Assembly: GCA_051362555.1 (NCBI GenBank)
Contig: CM120641.1
Location: forward strand, 34,416,401-34,480,400
Origin: Lingula anatina
Taxonomy: Eukaryota > Animalia > Brachiopoda
DNA: 64,000 bases
Direction: 5' to 3'
Below the pieces are notes generated by a model that worked only from the letters and a program-made list of their open reading frames with translations, had not been told where the DNA came from and did not search any database. Both the position numbers and the translations under genes were made by a program. Of the stretch, positions 47,901 to 60,192 are shown one piece after another (the first letter of the stretch is position 1; every line of letters begins with the position of its first letter).

Positions 47901-50337
47901 TAGAAAGTACAGTTCAAAATGTTAGACCATTATCAAGTTTTAGTGTTCGACATAAAAAGTTCCGATTTCTTTCTTTTCTTATCAAAGCTGGAATTAATTA
48001 AATCACTGAAAGCTTCTGCAACCTTTTGCCTTTTAATGAACAAATCCCACAGCGAGTTAATGTCAAATTCAGTTTAAAAGCATCAAAAGCAATAAGCAAG
48101 CTCCCCTAATGCCATAACAGAATTTTAAGTGACCAAGCTCTTTGTATCGCGTTTTATTTTCATATTACGCCTCCAACTCGTCTGTTTACTGGTAAACCAT
48201 TTATAAAGGAGAGCGTTGGGTTCATTTTCCTTGGAAGCTAGTGTGGCTACTGCTTGGTTCTACTAGTCTCATTTGACTTTCTATTCTCTGTCATATGAAG
48301 GATAAAAAAACCCAAGCCGAACATTTACACATGATCATTATTTTGTCTTTGACACATGAAAGAGGACGACGAGCCTAGAAAATTTACTCATAGAGAAAGA
48401 AATTTTTATTCTTCAGAATAGTGTAGCTTCACAATTTTATTTATGCAATATGTCGATTTTCACCAAGGGAACGTTTCTCAGACCGTATATCTACCCTATA
48501 CATATAATTATCTTCTACCCAAGTCCGTCAAACGACGCTGGTGCTTGTTCCCCGCAGTTATTTTCACAGTAATTCTTTCTCTCTACCAGAGGCCGGCTGA
48601 GTGATGACGTCATTTTTGTGCAATAATTTTCGCAGTGCAGATTTGTGCACAGCCAGTGCAGCCAGAGAAAATATGTAAATGTCTAATGAAAATATGTGAA
48701 TGTCCAATGATAAAAAAAATCGCTCCACGGCCCTGGTTGAGGGTAAGTAACTCCCATGATGATGTCTCTTGTTATGCACAAGGTTCCAAAAATGCACTCT
48801 TAAGCCGTAGTAGACTTATTAACAATTCAAAACATATCCATAAGCCAATTCAAATTTCGAAACATTTCCATAAGATTAGAGTTACCATTTTCTTAATCAA
48901 AACTCTGACATAATGATTTCAAGGGCGTTAATAGTGCTTATCACAGGGAAATCTTTTACGGGAAGATTTTTTTGTCTATATCACACGAAAAGGGGTGCCA
49001 TACCTTGTTTTTGTGTTACAGTGTTATATGCCGAGTTTTAACAAAGAAACTTTATTAGCCACACATTTACAAATTTAACCCTATCGGGTATCATTTATCT
49101 GTCTCCTACATTTATTTTCACATTAGTTTCCTAATAATGCCTCTCGATATGAGTAAGTTTTCAAAAATCTACTTTTGAACTCTGGTAGATCTATTCACAA
49201 CTCAAAACAATCCATAAGCCTATGCAAAATTTAAAACATTTCCATAAGATTAGTTTTACCTTGTCTTGGGTTTAACTCTGGCAAGTTAACAGTGTACAAC
49301 ACAGTGAAAACTTATACGGACAGATTTTCCCATACAGATATATATGTCTGGCAGTGTGGGAGGAAAATGAAAATTAAACTCTGGTATCAAGAAAGCACGC
49401 GATCTACTTTTTACTTCACCGGAGTTGGCCAGTGAAGTTTTCGCTCTGGCAAGCTCTTGTATCTGTTTCCTGGTCAGATGAGGCTCTTTCTGTAGAGCAA
49501 CAGATGTCTAATGCCAGTTTTGTGTATTTAAATTATACATATATTTCTTTTGGCATTTTCTTGTGGGCCTGCAAAGCAAGAGATTAAAAAGAGTGGCCTA
49601 CGGGGCTCCGGACATGTGTCAGCTTTTTCATGTGGAAAAGTCTATCACAACTTTCACTGTACATCACTCAAATATATTGTATTTCAACAGAAGCACGTGA
49701 GGGGAAAACTATATTACTTTACAGATGGAAGATGCTCTGGCACGTGTCATGAGGTATCCAGTATTGGTAGAATATCTGCGGGGAATGTCTGGAATTATGT
49801 CAGTAGTAATCCGTTAACGCTAAGTTCTTGCATTGATCTCGTATTACGCCATTCAAAGGCCTGGGGTGTTTACGTGGGTATTTCAAGCTAATCAAATAGA
49901 CCGAAATGAGATTTTCACCTGGTAATGATGCCCAGAAATAGAAAAATGGTTACTTAAATCAATGTTGATCTGAACCTTCCAAGAAATCTGTAACTTTGAT
50001 TTTCGGTGTAATAATTACAGTTCTCGCATCGCTATCTGAGTGAATATATCCATTGCATTAGCGCTATCTGTTGCATTGCTTGTGGTTGAGATTCATTTGT
50101 AGCACCGTTTTGATTGCTTTTGGTTGAGATATGTCTATATATTTTTCCTTAAACATTTCAGGTTATTGGTTGTGTTACATTAATAGTACAGTGAACCCTA
50201 TGTGCTATGCCTTGTGCAATGCAAACTTCAGACGGACTTACTGGAGAATCTTAACGTGCAAGTGGCGACGGAAGCGCCAACAGCAACGACCGGCCCCTCG
50301 GCTTGTAAGGCGAGCAGCAGCCTATTCGAGGAGATGA
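44943..50337 (+). CDS. Muscarinic acetylcholine receptor-like class A GPCR, A-type/Gq-like (687 aa)
   Basis: join(44943-46830,50162-50337) with a phase-1 GT-AG intron. Motifs: GNLLV (TM1), [20 protein letters not shown] (TM2), [28 protein letters not shown] (TM3/ICL2), CYIQF (ECL2), FYLPV (TM5), a ~315-aa ICL3, [19 protein letters not shown] (TM6, an M1/M3/M5-type coupling motif) and [23 protein letters not shown] (TM7/H8). The coding exon opens at an acceptor at 44719, so 5' UTR exons lie upstream. Confidence 0.93.
46863..47115. mobile_element. Palindromic MITE, probably PIF/Harbinger-related, about 30 bp downstream of the receptor splice donor
   Basis: The arms agtactaactga.ccgccgac..acacttcaaaagagatgccgctgattc..ctcccc.cctccacacgc.cc are repeated in inverted orientation at about 47017-47100. 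The left terminus ggtcccattcagaata matches that of the neighbouring MITE. Confidence 0.75.
47119..47315. mobile_element. PIF/Harbinger (Tourist-like) MITE
   Basis: Termini ggccccattcagaata and tgttctgaatgcagcc are flanked by TAA and TTA. Internal inverted blocks are gtccgagggtcaaa.atgg..gacccactta and taagtgggtc..ccat.tttgaccc. Confidence 0.75.
48835..49330. repeat. Diverged direct duplication (about 48835-48970 and 49209-49330) in the receptor intron
   Basis: Both copies share atccataagcc.at.caaa.tt..aaacatttccataagattag..ttacc and gttaa.agtg...cacag.gaaa.ctt.tacgg..agatttt. Confidence 0.7.
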
Positions 50338-52196
50338 TTTCTCAGTTATTTACGTATAGTGCATTCAAACGTAGATGAAGAGGGAATTTCATGAGGCACA
50401 CTTTGGCCTTGTTGTCTGAAGAAGAAGAAACGTCTGCGAAGTGGAACTGAGGTGCTTATGTTCACAAGTGTGGAACTAACAACGCTAGTATTACTAAAAG
50501 TAACAGAAAAAGGAAGAGATGAAGAGAAAAAAATTGAAATATGGTGATCATTATTGATTATTGCTGGTAACAACGCCCACTTTCGTGGCTGATTGGATGG
50601 CGGCGGGCATTTCATGGGGACATTTTTTTCCTCACATCGTCTGTAAGTAAAAGAGACCGTTCGTGGGATTTTTGGTGTCTCGACACGTTTTGCGATACAT
50701 AAATATGTATAAAAGGCATGCTACAACTTTTTTCCGCTAATGAAAGTACTGCCCAATGCTCACATATTGTGCTTTGGCGCAATTGGACTGAAAAGGGGGG
50801 GTATATTAAATAGTTATGGAAACGTATGTTCATGAGATATATTTCAATTTTGGAGGTCGATATGGAGATTTTTAAATTAAGCGCTAGAAATCGTAAGTTG
50901 CAGTAAGAACGTTTTTAGTTATTAAAGTTCCTTTTTTTGTTGCTTTTTCGCTCTTAAATCCCATGAAAGGCCACCTAAAAAGGTAATGTTCAACTGAGAG
51001 GCATAATAGATTTGCAACCCGCATTATTTGCCGTTGTTGTGTAAGATAGCCGGCTTATAGCATAAGACTTGGAAAGTTTGCATTGACAGTTGTTGAACGA
51101 GTGCATTCTGATAAGATCTATTTTGGTTGTTTGAGAAGTCGAACGAGTGAGGACATTTTATTAAAGTGTTGTATTCTGCAGCGAGCCAGCAGTGTATTGT
51201 ACGTCGCATATCTAACAGTACTGCAATTTTCCGAAGGGTTACTTTGGTTGACAGGTCGTTCAAAGTATTTAGCCTTTTTCTAGACAACTCAAGATAGAGA
51301 TAAAAATTGTATTTTTGGATATAATTTTCTATAAATGCAAATTTCAAATACTAATATTGATCTGTTATTTTACAACAAAAGGAATACATAAAGGTGTGCA
51401 CCATGCAACTGTATTATTTGGTTTTCAAAACGTAAACCTAGCGATTTCAAAGCGAATTTTTAATGATGTGTCATAAAGCATGGATACTCTCCTGTACATT
51501 TCCAAGAATAATAATTATGAAATGGCTTTCAACAAATGCTACATTTCAACAAAGTGGTAATTTTGGTACAAACAGAACACTTCAATCTTTCCTTCTTCCA
51601 AAACCCAAAGTTTGGTATCTTTGCACATGTATACTTGTGATCAACACAATGAATTTGGAAAGAGATTGAAACCCCATGTCATGCAGTTCCAATGGACGTT
51701 CATCAATTCACTTATCAAGGTACCAAAAACTGATCACTTTTGTAAACTAACATTCTATTTTAAGGACTTGTTTGAAAGCACATTTCGGCTCTTTTGATCT
51801 TGGACATAATAACGAATTTGTTATTATGTCCAAGTTTTGGTTGATTATTCTTGGCAAAGCATTCAAATAATGATGAATAGTAATTAAGTTGCCAAGTTTT
51901 TATCAGATATATCATGCAAGAATAGCTTTTTTAAAGAGAATTTCTACTTAAATAGGCGACAGTGTCTAAGTTAAATTGGTGCATATTTGGAAAACAGTTT
52001 TTCAGCATGAATTGAGTAAAAAAAAACATACAATCTGAAATTAGTAAATGCAAGAAGTGTTTAATATTTTGTAATGATCTTTCTTGACGAGTGATGCAAT
52101 GGCACCATGACTAGCTGCATCTTTGTAATGACTGTTTTTTTAAATGAATTTTTATTTCATTTTATGAAATGTGTACATTTGAAAAGACTTATTTAC

Positions 52197-52202
52197 AATA
52201 AA
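52197..52202 (+). terminator. Candidate polyadenylation signal of the muscarinic receptor
   Basis: AATAAA about 1.86 kb after the stop codon, preceded by TGTA elements and followed by T-rich sequence. CpG density changes near here. Confidence 0.55.
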
Positions 52203-52220
52203 GTTTCGTGAAAATAACTT

Positions 52221-52226
52221 TTTATT
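52221..52226 (-). terminator. Candidate polyadenylation signal of HHAT (an alternative lies at 52151-52156)
   Basis: TTTATT on the + strand, about 670 bp beyond the HHAT stop codon. Confidence 0.45.
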
Positions 52227-52506
52227 ATGCTTCACTAGATGTTAAAGCAAAAAAAAAACCACTTTATAGTAAAAGATTAAGTTCTTCAGAGAAATGTTCT
52301 TGCTTCTCTGTTCTTGTAGTCAAAACATAGCAACAATAATTAAAAACATTCATTTCCAAGTTCATGAAGCAGTTTATGAGGAATAACTGAAGTGTTGGCT
52401 CCAAAAAATTCGGAAACGATTGCCAAAACTCAGCTGTATGAGTATAATATCTCTAGAAGGTAAAACACTAGTCACCTGTCAGTCTGAGCATGCATACATA
52501 CACCCC

Positions 52507-52714
52507 ATTTCCATAGATTAGATCGACCTACTTTGGATCGACCTAACTCCCTGGGGGTTCGCGCTGAATAGCTGTCAGCCGGGCGGACACGAAATTTAAT
52601 TGCCCCTTACGGCTTGTAGTGGGCGGGGACGGACACTTAAGGGGGATTATCTGACGGTAGTCTGGTGAGACTCCCCGCGGTGATAGATCGATCTAAAGTT
52701 GTGGGAACAGACCC
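52507..52714. mobile_element. Degenerate Harbinger-like MITE in the HHAT 3' UTR
   Basis: Imperfect TIRs (ttcc.a...ttagatcga.cta and tagatcgatctaaagttgtgggaacagaccc). It is related to the copy at 53625-53886. Confidence 0.55.
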
Positions 52715-52899
52715 AAAGACACCATAAAAGCTATAAGTGAATGTACTTAATAACAACCCTTGCTCTGCTGAGAGAAATACAAAAGATAAGCACCATTATA
52801 AAAACAGATCATATTGTCTGCCAGTCATTTACCCTGATGTGTCTTCTTCACCAATAATGTATTGTGAAACACTACTTTATCAAATGACCACCCAAACCA

Positions 52900-53130
52900 T
52901 CAGGTCTTTTTATCTTTCTTAACTGATTTAGTATCAATTTCAATTGCTACTTGTATAATACAGTAGACAACAGCAGACAGCATAAAAGCAGAAGTTGGCC
53001 AATCTGAAAAACAAGCAAACATATGAATCAAAATTTGCAATCATATTCCAATATCCAAAGGAAAAAATAAGAGACATTCTTTACACTGAAACAAGTTCAG
53101 ATCCAAGTATCACACTGTCCACTGTCTGCC

Positions 53131-53203
<73 letters not shown>

Positions 53204-56200
53204 AAAAATTACAAACAGGTTGGAAAAGCACTTGTTTTAAAATTCATGCATACATACATACACGCACGATACATACAAATCCCCACCTAAAACACCTACC
53301 ACCAAAAATGAGCCTTCTGAAGTATATTTTGCCTGCATCGCTGCCACCTACAAACACCAAGCTGGCCATACTGCAAAAGATGAAGTTAGGAACCAGCAAT
53401 GCTGCAAGAAACCTCCTCTGCCAACTGGGAGACCAGTGCTTCTTCTGAAGAAGTAATCACATGAGTGACCCTGTAAGTTGCTGTAGCTCTGGCATAAACT
53501 GGTTGTACATGGGGTCTCATATTTATCTTACAAACTGACATCAAAGTGGGCAGGGCATTGCTTTTAATTTGACTGCGCATTGTGTTCAATCAATCAATGC
53601 ATAAATATTACAGGAAAAAGAACTGGGTTCCCACACCTAGATCGATCTAACAGGATCGATTCATCTCCGAGGAGTTTCTGTAAAGCAGCTTGAGGGCTTT
53701 CAGCTAAAGCGGCTAAGATATCTGGCAAGCTTACTGAAGCTGCTCTAAATGATAATTAATTACCCCTTAGCAGCTTCAGTAGGCGTGACAGACATCTAAG
53801 CTGCTTAAGTTGATTGCAATTTAGTGAGAATCCCCTTGGAGATAGAGTGATCCACAGTTAGCACAATAGCGTCTGGGAATGGTCCCTTATACATTTTTTA
53901 AAGTTATAGAATTAAAACCAGTAGATCTACATGTTCTGTGGAATGAGATAAAAAGGCACATTTTTTTAAACTTCTGCATACTCACCATCATCCTTTGAAC
54001 AGCTACAGAAGTAATCGTCTTCCTTCCAATCACTTCCATCACTACCCCTGTGAAATTCAAGATACTCCACCAAGCTAGGTATACCTCATTCCCGTGCCAG
54101 TAGTACACAAAAATGAAGCAGGCAGCTGTGGCCAAGAGCTGAGAAAATAAACCATGCCTGGATCCACCAAGAGGAATGTAAATATGCCTGAAAGACAGAT
54201 GCCAATATTAAGGTAGATCGGTCGTTACATGTTCCAACGTTTGAATTTTTTGAATTTTTTTTTTTGTTTGAAGAGACACCCAAGTACATTAAAAATTTGC
54301 AAAAAAATTGGGGGTCACCGACCAAATAAGAGAACTAGCCCCAAATATGATACACCCTGCATATCGCACTAGTCCCCATTCAAATCAATGGGAAAATGGG
54401 TGTTTTCTCACTAAAGCATTATTTTTTATGACTTTCTGACGTTCGAATTTTTTTAAAAAATTTTTTGTGTAAAGAGGCCTCCAAGTACATTTAAATTTTA
54501 CCAAAAAAATTGGGGGTCACCGACCAAATAAGAGAACTACGCCAAGTTGAAGTGCGCTACACCCTGCGTGACGCACTAGTCCCCATTCAAATCAATGGGG
54601 AAATGGGTGTTTTTCACCAAAACGTTATTTTTTATGATTTTTCTAACGTTTGAAATTTTTAAAAAAACTTTTTTGTTTAAAGAGGCATCCAAGTAGATTT
54701 TAATTTTGCCAAAAAAGTTGGGGGTCACCAACCAAATAAGAGAACTACGCCAAGTTGAAGTGCGTAACACCCTGCGTGACGCACTAGCCGGAAGTCCCCA
54801 TTCAAATCAATGGGAAAATGGGTGTTTTTCACTAAATCGTTATTTTTTATGATATTCTTTTTTGTGTGTGTGTGGAGAGACATCTAAGTACATTTAAAAC
54901 TTTCATTATGTTTAACAGTTGAAGTGAGTATACTCAGCTATTTTCAGATTTGTCAAACTGATGAGAAGGTGTAAGTCATTAACTTTACAACAAAATTATT
55001 GAAGAGAATAATAAGGGAAATACTCATGCATATGAAAATAGTTTATTGCCGTTGTTATTTATTAATGAATATAACATGAACGTGACATCGTAAACACTGT
55101 GTTGTCAAGTAAAATGAAGCGTCTGATACAAAGTATCAAATGCGGCATTCACGTGCTTGCTTGCGGTGCGTTCAGTACACTTTGTTTACACTGACAAGTC
55201 AAGGTCAGAAGTGCACAATTTTTCTGTATAATATAACGCAGTTTCAATTTTGATTAGTCAATTTTCTTCAAGATGTAGACCCTATGGCCATTTTCTGAAC
55301 ATTTGTATAAGCTACGAAATATTTCTCAGTCCAAATGAGTGGCGTTACGACGCACTTCCGGTTTTCGTCGAAATCTAAACTACAGCAGCACATTCAGGGC
55401 GTTCTACCTCAAAATGTACGCAGCCGCTTTGATTGGAATTTACAACACTTATTCTTTACATGACATAGCACCTACGTGCATAATTTGTGAGCTTTTGATG
55501 TCATACATTTTCTAGTGCCAATTCAAATTGGAAAAGGAGCTATTCCGACGATTTCTTGAACAGGCAAGTCTATGAACGTGCTACAGTTGTCGTATGGAAT
55601 CATAGTCGACAAACGTTGTCGAAAATCTGTATCGATCATACAGAGTTACAGACAAGTTGATAATGTGTGTTTATCTTATAGATAATTGTTTTATTTCCTC
55701 AAATTGATAAAACAGACTGAAGTGTCGTTAGAGACGATTGACGATGCGCTGAAATTGCGCAAATCGTCAAATTACGTAACGACCGATCTACCTTAAGTGC
55801 AAAATCAGGGCCAGTCTCACAAAAATAAAAATAAAAATAAAATAAAATAAATAAATAAAAACTTAAGTCAAAATTTGATCTTAAACATAAAATTAAAGAA
55901 TAAAAATTTTGGTCTTCTAAAATCTAACTGAACTGAAGCAATTTTTCAATGTAAAACATGTCATTTTGTACACTTTGTTTAACAATTTTCATATTTCTAA
56001 TTCAGTAGACTACTTTTTATTTATTCTGGGTAAAAGTAAACTAAACTTTTAGATCTGAAAGTTAACACCAGCTTTTGATTTCAGTAGTTTTGGTAAACCA
56101 TACCAGGACATAACAAGGAAAGAACCAGAAACTAAAAACGAAAAACCTATATCTCAGCATACCTTTATGATGAAATATTAAAAAGGATACTCATACTAAA

Positions 56201-59200
56201 ACAATCAATAAAAAACAGAAACAGGTATGATTAAGGAAAAGATCAATTTGTTATGTTTAAATGCTGTGCCAGGTCCTCTGAAAACTTTTTCATGTTTCAA
56301 TATCAAAAACAGTGACCCTACCTCTTTAAATGCTGATATAGTCCCCTGTCAAATTGTCTGCAATATAAAGAAAATGTTTTAAATGTTTTTTTTTTCTACA
56401 AAAGACCCAGGTATCGTGTATCTCACATGCATGGGTGAAAACAAAGTGCACCACGCCTGGGAATTTTGTTCTAAACATTTGCTATAGTATACACGTACGT
56501 TTACGCCAGATACACCACTCATCATCAAGGCGTGTTAGATCTACACTTGCTTCACACTTACAGTATGTATATCACATGCACCTTGCTGACACATGGTGTC
56601 TCTACTACTTGTAAACAAGACAAATACAAAGAAACTACAGAACAATGAATGCACAAGTATGCAATAAGTAATTTTTACTGTTCAGAAAAAAAAAAACACG
56701 TATGCAGTATACATGTTGTTTGTGCATTAAGTGCCTAGATAATATTTTCACTGCAATCTCAAATTTTAGCATGACTCCTCTAGTTTATCAAAATGACAAT
56801 ATATTAAATTATATTTCTTTCAAAAGTTTCTGAAAGTTATCTCTACATGACCTAGACAAACTTACTGCCACATTGTACTGAAAAGATATAGATGCGAGAT
56901 GCATATTGGCCCCGCTGGTGGCTCCATCTGGTCAAGCTTTGCAAAACAACTGGGCAACCCAAACATCACCACATATTTTGTCTGGAAAAATTGAAAGTTC
57001 CAAAATGCCACACCCCCGAGGGTCCACAGTGGTAAACTGGACAGGAGGTCCAACTGGAGTTGTATGGCACTGAGGTGAACGACATGCAGCAGCAGGTAAT
57101 TGAAACCCAGCCACCATGTAATTCTAACAAAATCCAGAGCAAGATGGGTAATGCGTGGTTTTGTCCATGGTTGAGGAGGCCTGTTAACCTGTAACATAGA
57201 AGAAATTATTTAGAAAAAAGCTGAATTTGCTGTAATAACAAATACATCACAGTTCACTATTATCATTTATCATTTAACATAATCATTATATGCTACCGGT
57301 AGCACACAAACACGTAATGATCAATGTTAAAGCAGAGAATATTTAAACAGAAATATCAAGAAGGCTGTTACACGGTGATGCAGTAGCTTACTTTTCAGTT
57401 TATAGTTGGTACTTAAACAAGAAAAGTCCACTGTAGCCTTTGTAACAAGAGCTGACTATGATTACTTTTATTAATATGCAGACACTACTGTGTTTGTACC
57501 AGCACTAAAAAAAAGCATAACAGACACATAAAAAACTAAGCTTGCCTGTTCTAGAAACTTGTCATAGGTCAAAATTGGTCCCGTGAAAAAAAGCGGGAAA
57601 TAAAAAACGTAAGTCATCATGTCCATGAAGTTACAGTTCTGGGCCACAGCTCTCAAAGCAGCATCTTCCCTGTGAGGCATCTTCTGTTTCTGGACACTTT
57701 CTCCTGTTATCATTTCTTGGCTTTTTATAAACTGGATGCCTTTGGCTTTCTCAAGACAGAAGCTGATGTACCTTAGGTTTGTCATGGCAATTGTGAAGAC
57801 AAAGAGGTAATACTTTGTTTCTAAGACATCATCATCCACTGCCAGTCTCTGAAAACACATGAAAGAGTAGAACTACATGTGACATGACATGTTTGATACA
57901 ACATGCAATAAACTCAATCAAAACAAACTCATCTATAGCATATGAAAGTGACAGAAACAACCAATTACTACAATTAAAGGAATTACTAGCTTCAATTCAA
58001 TAAATTATAAAGTATTCTTTCCAGGAAAGATTAAAACTTTCAACAGAAGTGAACCAAGGTAACTACATAACATAATCATCGTGTGAATTTTTACTTGAAG
58101 GTAATTAATATTTCAAACATGAACAACTCTGGAGAACAGCCATATACTGACCAGCCACTGCACGGTAGCTTCATGGTTGAGAGTGGCCAACAACAAGAGG
58201 CATACTATCCACACAAGTACAGAACTCCCTGACATGGCTGTGACAAAACTGATAGCACAGTGCAGCAGTAGAATCAGCAGCTGCTTCAATCCCATTATAT
58301 ACCACACCACACCCACAGTGTACAGGACAAAAAACTGCTTCCTCAGCTGAATTTTATATAAATGTGAATGTGTAAAAACAAACAAGCAAAACAAACATAA
58401 TAATAATAATAATAATATATTATAATAATATATAAAACAAATGTTTGGTTTTACAAAATTTACTTTTTAAAAACATTTCCTTTAGATGTAGTATTTCATG
58501 CATGTTCACTGTTTTGAAAGCAATACAATTTTTATGTACTCTAGTCATGATACTGGTTCTCTACTCTTTTTTCTAAACATAGTGCCATGGAGTAGAGAAC
58601 TTTATCAAAAGTAGTGTCTTAAAACTATAGTGCTTATAAAACAACCAATACAGGAAAACACTTACAGTAAAAGGAAAATGCTTTTGAAAACATCTTTATT
58701 AAATATTTAGAAGATTATATAGAAGATTTATGGTAACGTGTAACTCTCTTCTATCCAACAAGTGCTTCAAATACCATTTATCAGAATCAGTGACAAGCTA
58801 AACTGTTTGTTTTTAACATCCTGTACACTAAAATAAATACCTACATTCCGACATTTCCAGTTCACCAAACTCCCTATTATGCCATGGGCAATGTAACATG
58901 GTAGCACTATCCAACCCCAGGCACTGAACCAAAATTCCCACTCAAAATTGGAGACATCCTAAAATGAAGAAAAAAAGTTCATGGCTTATAAACAGAGTAG
59001 GTGTTTGCAAACTCAAGCAACAGATATGTGAGTCATGAATTAAGTACTCGGATGTAAAATTAGTAACCAACAAACACAGCGTTGTTACATGCAAACTCGG
59101 CCAAACTCTGACACTATGTTTATGCCTACTAATTTTACGCCCAGTTATTTAATTTGTGGCTTGAGGCCTTAATTTGGACATTTGTGTTCCCAAATCTAAG

Positions 59201-60184
59201 GCATAGTAGCATATAGCATTTGCTGTTTACGAGGCCTGTGTACTGGGAGCTAGAGTGCTTGCCTCAGGGGGGTGTCTCGATAGTCTGAAGGTTCATTGGT
59301 CCGAAGGTTCATTGGTCCGAAAAGTGGTAACATTTTCATCGATTTTTTACTCAAGGGTCATTGGTCCGAAGGTTCTATAGTGAATATTCGGACCAATGAA
59401 CCTTCGGACTATTGCTACGGCCCCTGCCTCAGGTGCCTTTAAAGAAAATATCGGGGCCGTAGCGATAGTCCGAAGGTTCAATAGTCCGAAGGTTCATTGG
59501 TCCGAATTGTTCACTATAGAACCTTCGGACCAATGAACCCTTGATTTAAAAATCGATGAAAATGTTACCACTTTTCGGACCAATGAACCTTCGGACCAAT
59601 GAACCTTCGGACTATCGAGACGCCCCCAAAATATATCTACTAGTTAATAGGTTGAATTTTAAAATTATCTAAATCTACACTACATGTACCTTGTAAAGTG
59701 TGGTCCCCAAAACAGTCCATCCTTTTCTAATGTCATAAGGACTGAGGTATTTTCTAAATTCTACAAAGACACAGTTAATGTGCAATCATGATACATATAA
59801 AAAAGAAATAAAAAGGTTATATTATGTTTTCACAACCACCACTAAAAAATGACAGAAAAGCTTCGTACATTTAACATTATTTTCTAACGCTAAACAATTT
59901 TGTGTACTACGTCTACTGGTACAAGTCTACTTGTAAATATAAATATAGTTATATCCCAAATAACCAACTGAAGTACTGTATCACCAAATTAATTCCAAAA
60001 ATGACATGTTATACATATGATTTTGAAGCTGTCATGTGTATTTAATACCAGACTGGAACCCCCACGGCCCCAGGTACGTACCAATTGAGGCTAAGATTGT
60101 ATTCTCAGTAATGTAAACCACGGCAGACAGCCAGCACACCCAGTAGACGGTGATCTCCCACACTGGCAGGGTTGAGATTCCCAT
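52900..60184 (-). CDS. HHAT: Hedgehog acyltransferase (MBOAT family; rasp/skinny hedgehog orthologue), 531 aa
   Basis: complement join(60082-60184,59690-59760,58845-58958,58152-58346,57546-57848,56866-57188,56322-56357,53986-54187,53300-53444,52900-53003), 1596 nt in phase. Motifs: LPVWEI, DVSNFEWEFW, LRYISFCLE, YVFYFPLFFTGPI, KYVVMFG..LD..PP.P.C, MWQQFDRGL, HIYIPLGGS and FVYYWHG with the catalytic His. The C-terminal KKDKKT fits a KxKxx ER-retrieval signal. Confidence 0.95.
53133..53198. repeat. Compound (TC)n(AC)n microsatellite in HHAT intron 9
   Basis: Directly visible. Confidence 0.95.
53625..53886. mobile_element. Palindromic Harbinger-like MITE in HHAT intron 8
   Basis: Inner inverted repeat gcttactgaagctgct and agcagcttcagtaggc. 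The outer arms gttcccacacc..ggatc..atctcc.agga match their inverse. The right end is gggaatggtccc followed by TTA. Confidence 0.7.
54212..55792. mobile_element. Non-autonomous Kolobok-like DNA transposon (1581 bp) in HHAT intron 7
   Basis: Perfect 17-bp TIRs ggtagatcggtcgttac and gtaacgaccgatctacc, with TTAA on both sides (54208-54211 and 55793-55796). GG termini plus a TTAA TSD indicate Kolobok rather than piggyBac. There is no transposase ORF. Confidence 0.85.
54235..54900. repeat. Tandem array of a ~206-bp unit (about 3.3 copies) inside the Kolobok-like element
   Basis: gcactag..gtccccattcaaatcaatggg.aaatgggtgtttt recurs at 54367, 54573 and 54781, and ttgggggtcacc.accaaataagagaacta recurs three times. 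Confidence 0.9.
59269..59424. mobile_element. Mutator/foldback-like MITE, copy 1, in HHAT intron 2
   Basis: GGGG...CCCC termini, a perfect 9-bp TSD TGCCTCAGG (59260-59268 and 59425-59433) and internal 16-bp repeats gaaggttcattggtcc. Confidence 0.85.
59453..59626. mobile_element. Mutator/foldback-like MITE, copy 2, in inverted orientation
   Basis: Near-identical reverse complement of copy 1 with one extra 16-bp unit. The flanks gaaaatatc and caaaatata match at 7 of 9 positions. Confidence 0.8.
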
Positions 60185-60192
60185 CTGTCTCT

